Assembly (NCBI GenBank): GCA_963845755.1
Contig: CAWJTV010000027.1
Span: 160,001-224,000 of the forward strand
Direction of reading: 5' to 3'
Length of the DNA stretch: 64,000 nt
From: an uncultured Planctomycetota bacterium
GTDB lineage: Bacteria > Planctomycetota > Planctomycetia > Isosphaerales > Isosphaeraceae
Shown piece after piece: positions 60,238 to 64,000 of this stretch. The notes beneath the pieces were generated by a model. It saw only the letters and a list, made by a program, of their open reading frames with translations, had not been told where the DNA came from and made no database searches. The position numbers and the translations under genes are program-made. Numbering within the stretch: the first letter of the stretch is position 1; every line of letters starts with the position of its first letter.

Positions 60238-60605
60238 TCGAAGCGGAGTTCGCGGTCCGTGGGAACTGGGCTGATGGCGACACCCGCGTGTGACCACGAT
60301 TGTGGTCCCGCCTCGACCCCGTCGAGCCGCACCGAGGCGCTGTCGCCATGACGAAGCTCCGGTTCGGGGACGGCACTTCGGAGGAACCACCCCTCAGCCC
60401 GGTGGTCGAAGGAGGGTTCTTCAAGAGCTCAGAACCCTCGGTGACCTCACGAGCGGACAGAGAACCCGCGAGTGGTATGGGCGACGTTCAACCTGCGGGC
60501 TGACGCGACGCGCGAAAACCCCGCTCGGCTCCCCGACGGTCGAGGCCCACGAAGGGAAGCCGCTCGATCGTGCGGAGAGCCGGGAGGTTTTCGAGGCCCC
60601 CGCGC

Positions 60606-62402
60606 TCAAATCTTCGTCCTACAAGATGCTGGTAAGTAGCCGACGTCTGACGGGTTGTAAAAGGCCCAGTCGTCTGCGCCGACGCCAACAAAGACGTTTG
60701 TAGAATTGTTGCCTGTAACGGTACTCGTGTTGAGCGCGTAATACCCAGACCCGATAGCGGGGGAGCTGAATTCCGTGTAGGCATATTGCAAGGATTGGGC
60801 ATTGTTGACCAGATCCCACTTGGTGCCGATGGCGGTGAGCTGGTATAAATTATAGTCGTAAATTGTGGTACCGGCAATCATAAGATCATAACCGCCACCG
60901 GCGATGAGGATGTCAGTCCCCGAGCCCCCGATCATCACGTCGTTCCCCGTGACGCCGCCTTCCAGGACGTTGGTTCCCGTGCTGCCGCCGACCAGGACGT
61001 CGTTTCCTGAGCCGGCGGTGAGGGTATTGGTGCCGGGCCCGGGAGAACCAAGCACGTTGTTGATGCCACTGATTGCCGCCGTGCCGGTCGCGCTCGGCGT
61101 GGATGTGGTCAGGTTGACCGTGACGGCGTTGAGAGAGCCAGCGGGCCCGACGTAACTGTTGTAGTTCAACCAGTCATGACCGCTCTGACCGACGAGCGTC
61201 AGGGGGTGTACTGAGGATCGGCCGCTATTGTCGAACATGCCAAACGTGGTGCCGCCGGCGCCTCCAATGAGCATGGTCGGCGTTTCGATGTTTTGCACGT
61301 AGAACACATCACTGTTCGGGCCGCCGTTGATTGTCACAAGGCCCGCCGTGCCGATCCCAAAGTAGTCGATCGTGGCCGGCGGAGTGCTAGTCCCGTAGTC
61401 GTGGCGGACGAGCGAGTCTGACCCGACCTGGTAGGTATTGGTGTTAGCGCTGCTATTACTATCGTCGATGTTAACCTGGTCCGCTGGGCCTCCGAAGATC
61501 TGCACAGGAGCGGCGATATCATCCAGCGACCCCGTGTAGGGAGGGAGGAGCGAAGAACCCGGGATAGGGTATGTCGAGTAAGCGGCGTTGCCGAGATTGA
61601 AGGTGTCAACGCCGGCCGTATCGTTAGCGAGAAGGACGCTCGTACCGACTGAAGTGCTGAACACATTGAATACCGTCCCGCCCCGCGAGTTGGGAGCTAG
61701 GTCGATGACTCTCACAAGCCCGATCCCGGTGTTGCTGAAACTTAAATTAGAAATATTGTCATCTGTATATGTATTAGTAAAATTAATATCACCGGCAAAA
61801 ATATCAAATTGACTACTATTAACGCCATTAAAAATAGAAACCTGATCCTCGACGCTCGCATTGGATTCGCTAATGCTCACAGGGAACTGGACGGGTAGCG
61901 AAGAACCCGTAAAAAACACAAACCCTGGGCTACCGCCGCCCTTGGGAATCGTGCCCGTAAAGATCGTCCCCTCGTCGACGAAGACGAGGCTCTGTCCATT
62001 AGCCGGTGTGTCGAGACTAACGTCGATCGAGCTGATAACTTGGGATGGGACAGATTGATCATAAGTCTGATCGAGTCCGCTGATATCCTTAATGTGAACA
62101 TAATCTGATGAATATGTATACCACTTATTAACCGAATCATCGTAGTAGTGCTCTGTCACTTCGTAAGCCGAGATCGTCAAATCGTCATCCTCGGGAGTAG
62201 TGACGGGTTGACCATTCGGCAGAGTGTGAGTGTTGCCGCCCTGGTACGTCAAGACGCCGTTGCTCAGACTGAGGGTGGACATCAGCGTCCTGCCCTCCAT
62301 GGTTTCCACCTGGGGCCGCCATTGCGGCTTGGCGTGTTTCCGCGAACGCTGGCTGCGGGCCGAAAGCTGACCGAACAGCTTCTGAAGTCGTAGGGAACGC
62401 AT
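60606..62402 (-). CDS. Secreted planctomycete protein with RTX-like Gly-rich Ca-binding repeats
   Basis: WRPQVETMEGRTLMS leader; AGSGNDVLVGG, GNDVMIGGSGTDILIAGGGYDLMIAG. Confidence 0.85.
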   Translation of the reverse strand: MRSLRLQKLFGQLSARSQRSRKHAKPQWRPQVETMEGRTLMSTLSLSNGVLTYQGGNTHTLPNGQPVTTPEDDDLTISAYEVTEHYYDDSVNKWYTYSSDYVHIKDISGLDQTYDQSVPSQVISSIDVSLDTPANGQSLVFVDEGTIFTGTIPKGGGSPGFVFFTGSSLPVQFPVSISESNASVEDQVSIFNGVNSSQFDIFAGDINFTNTYTDDNISNLSFSNTGIGLVRVIDLAPNSRGGTVFNVFSTSVGTSVLLANDTAGVDTFNLGNAAYSTYPIPGSSLLPPYTGSLDDIAAPVQIFGGPADQVNIDDSNSSANTNTYQVGSDSLVRHDYGTSTPPATIDYFGIGTAGLVTINGGPNSDVFYVQNIETPTMLIGGAGGTTFGMFDNSGRSSVHPLTLVGQSGHDWLNYNSYVGPAGSLNAVTVNLTTSTPSATGTAAISGINNVLGSPGPGTNTLTAGSGNDVLVGGSTGTNVLEGGVTGNDVMIGGSGTDILIAGGGYDLMIAGTTIYDYNLYQLTAIGTKWDLVNNAQSLQYAYTEFSSPAIGSGYYALNTSTVTGNNSTNVFVGVGADDWAFYNPSDVGYLPASCRTKI

Positions 62403-62869
62403 GGTCGTCCTTCTTTCGTTGCTTGAGGTCTGCGGCTGTCAATCGTCTCATGTCGGCCAGGACACGACGCGTGGCCTGGCCATTCAGGACCGCGGGGAGT
62501 CACCGCACGCCGGATGGGCGCACCCCGAACGGGGGTGCCCGATCACGACACGCCTTCCGGTTCCGCCGAGCCGGCGGAAGACCCTTCGACCCAACGCGAG
62601 CGAATCCTCCCCATCAGGGCCGGGAGCCCGACCCCGTCCGGGTCACTCGCCGGCGGCCGGCCATTTGATGTTGGGTGCGGGGTTGCGCGGGGCTTGAACG
62701 CCGGCGCCGAACCCCAGGAACCGGGCGAATCGCCGCTGGCGGTGGCGGGCATACCAAGCTTGCCGAGCCCGATCCCTCGTCCGCCTCGCCCGTGTCGCGT
62801 CCATCGTAGGTGCCCTCTCCGAGTGGGACGCCGGCCCGCCGGCCACCCGGCGATCGTGTCTGCGTCCCA

Positions 62870-62931
62870 CGCTCACAGAGGAACTCGCTGGCGCGGCGAA
62901 TCACCCCGCAAGCCAGTCCCGATTTTTTTCG
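62870..62931 (-). promoter_or_regulatory. Conserved upstream motif, copy 2 (candidate ECF promoter)
   Basis: Closely matches 55641-55702. Confidence 0.65.
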
Positions 62932-63060
62932 AGGATGGCAAACCGGGAATCCGGTGGGCCTCGCCTTGATGAATCGAGGCTCGACCCGTCCTACGACCAT
63001 CCGGCGAACTTCTCGTACACTCGCTGAGCTCTGAACCGTCGGGTTGAGGGAAGGCCGAGA

Positions 63061-64000
63061 TCAAGCTGCTTCGGTCTGCGGCGTGTCCGAGGCCGCGCGC
63101 CTTCGCCTTGGCCGCCAGAGGACGATCTTCCGGATCGGCCAGGCCACGATCATCAACACCCCGACGGCATAAGCCCCCGGCAACACGGCCAGATACCAGC
63201 CCGACCCACTGTAATGCTCGATGGCCGGCATCGTGCGCATGTCCAGCCAGAGCCAGGTGACCGCGGTCGCCAGCGACGCCAGGACCGTGAGGCCGGCCAG
63301 GAGCGCCAGTCGCTTCCATCGTCGCTTGATCACGCCCACGCCGACGAACGCCGCGAGGGTCACGATCGGAGTCCCGGCCAGCGTGCCCAGCGTGAACAGG
63401 CCCCGGGATGAGAACACATACGGGGCCGGGAGTGTGGGGATCAGGGGCTCGAGGGCCACGAACGCGGTCAGCGGGATCGCGGCGGCGACCGGCAAGGCCA
63501 TCAGGAGCCGCATGGTCCAGGGCCGCCGCCGCGCCGCCATGCGAAGGATTCCCAGGGGCAACAGCACGTTCAACAGCGCCAGGCAAATCACGCCGGGCAA
63601 GGCCGTGGCCGTGGCGTCGTAGTTCCAGGCGAGGATCCAGGGGAGCGGGCGGGTCCAGCGCGGGTCGTTCCGGGCCAGGCCGGGCGGCACCGGGGTACCC
63701 TGGACCGGCGCGTACGCACCCGTCGGCGTGGTGGGCAGGGCCGATCGGCAGACGGTCGCGCCGAGCCCGGTCGTCAGGAAACGCGGCAACCGCGCCGGAT
63801 CGCCCCGATCGAGGAGATTCGTCTGGAAGAGACTCCACGCCCAGTGTTGCGGCGAGTGGCCGGCCCATCGCGGATGCCCGTCGGCTCCGTCGAGACCTAC
63901 CGGGGGACGGACAAGGACCGTGCCCGACTGGCCGCCCGACCCGGGGAGGATCTCGTCAAGCTGGGCGTGGGGTTGTGGCGTGGACCAGGATTCCTTCAGG
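63061..64000 (-). CDS. C-terminal part of a paralog of the 38372-43717 membrane kinase (runs off the window edge)
   Basis: Shared C-terminus LPTTPxG...LARxDPRWxRPLPW...RLLMALP...MPxIEHYxxSGW...PGxYxVGVL. Confidence 0.8.
   Translation of the reverse strand, partial: LKESWSTPQPHAQLDEILPGSGGQSGTVLVRPPVGLDGADGHPRWAGHSPQHWAWSLFQTNLLDRGDPARLPRFLTTGLGATVCRSALPTTPTGAYAPVQGTPVPPGLARNDPRWTRPLPWILAWNYDATATALPGVICLALLNVLLPLGILRMAARRRPWTMRLLMALPVAAAIPLTAFVALEPLIPTLPAPYVFSSRGLFTLGTLAGTPIVTLAAFVGVGVIKRRWKRLALLAGLTVLASLATAVTWLWLDMRTMPAIEHYSGSGWYLAVLPGAYAVGVLMIVAWPIRKIVLWRPRRRRAASDTPQTEAA

Noticed and set aside
60240..60600. Small ORF or structured RNA after the kinase-WD40 gene
   Set aside because: Only short hairpins and an uninformative short ORF; nothing supportable.

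Overview
GC-rich bacterial chromosome segment, almost certainly from a planctomycete and probably Isosphaeraceae-like. The evidence is DUF1559, DUF1501, DUF1592/DUF1552, planctomycete ECF sigma/Ser-Thr kinase pairs and secreted proteins with LExRxLLS-type leaders. Many genes, including ettA, are broken by single-base indels, which I read as long-read consensus errors; coordinates of such genes span the reconstructed gene. Contents in order: an ECF-kinase pair; ptb and enoyl-CoA hydratase; a double Asp/Asn beta-hydroxylase probably fused to an alpha/alpha-toroid domain, converging on a secreted (Gly-Asp)n protein; ettA; an MNT-HEPN toxin-antitoxin pair; an XylR-linked DUF1559/sugar-enzyme cluster; DUF1592/1552; mutY; degT; cbiX; a kinase-ECF pair; an arsR-arsM-ArsC-like operon; and a defence/mobile island. 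The island holds a vapC interrupted by a REP-bearing MITE that is itself interrupted by an IS4, a TIR relic, a TIR-NB-ARC-WD40 gene and an ISKra4. After it comes an ECF/kinase-WD40 cassette flanked by two secreted-protein genes that share a conserved ~60-bp upstream motif. I recognised no rRNA, tRNA or CRISPR array. All family calls come from motif recognition by eye; no database searches were run.
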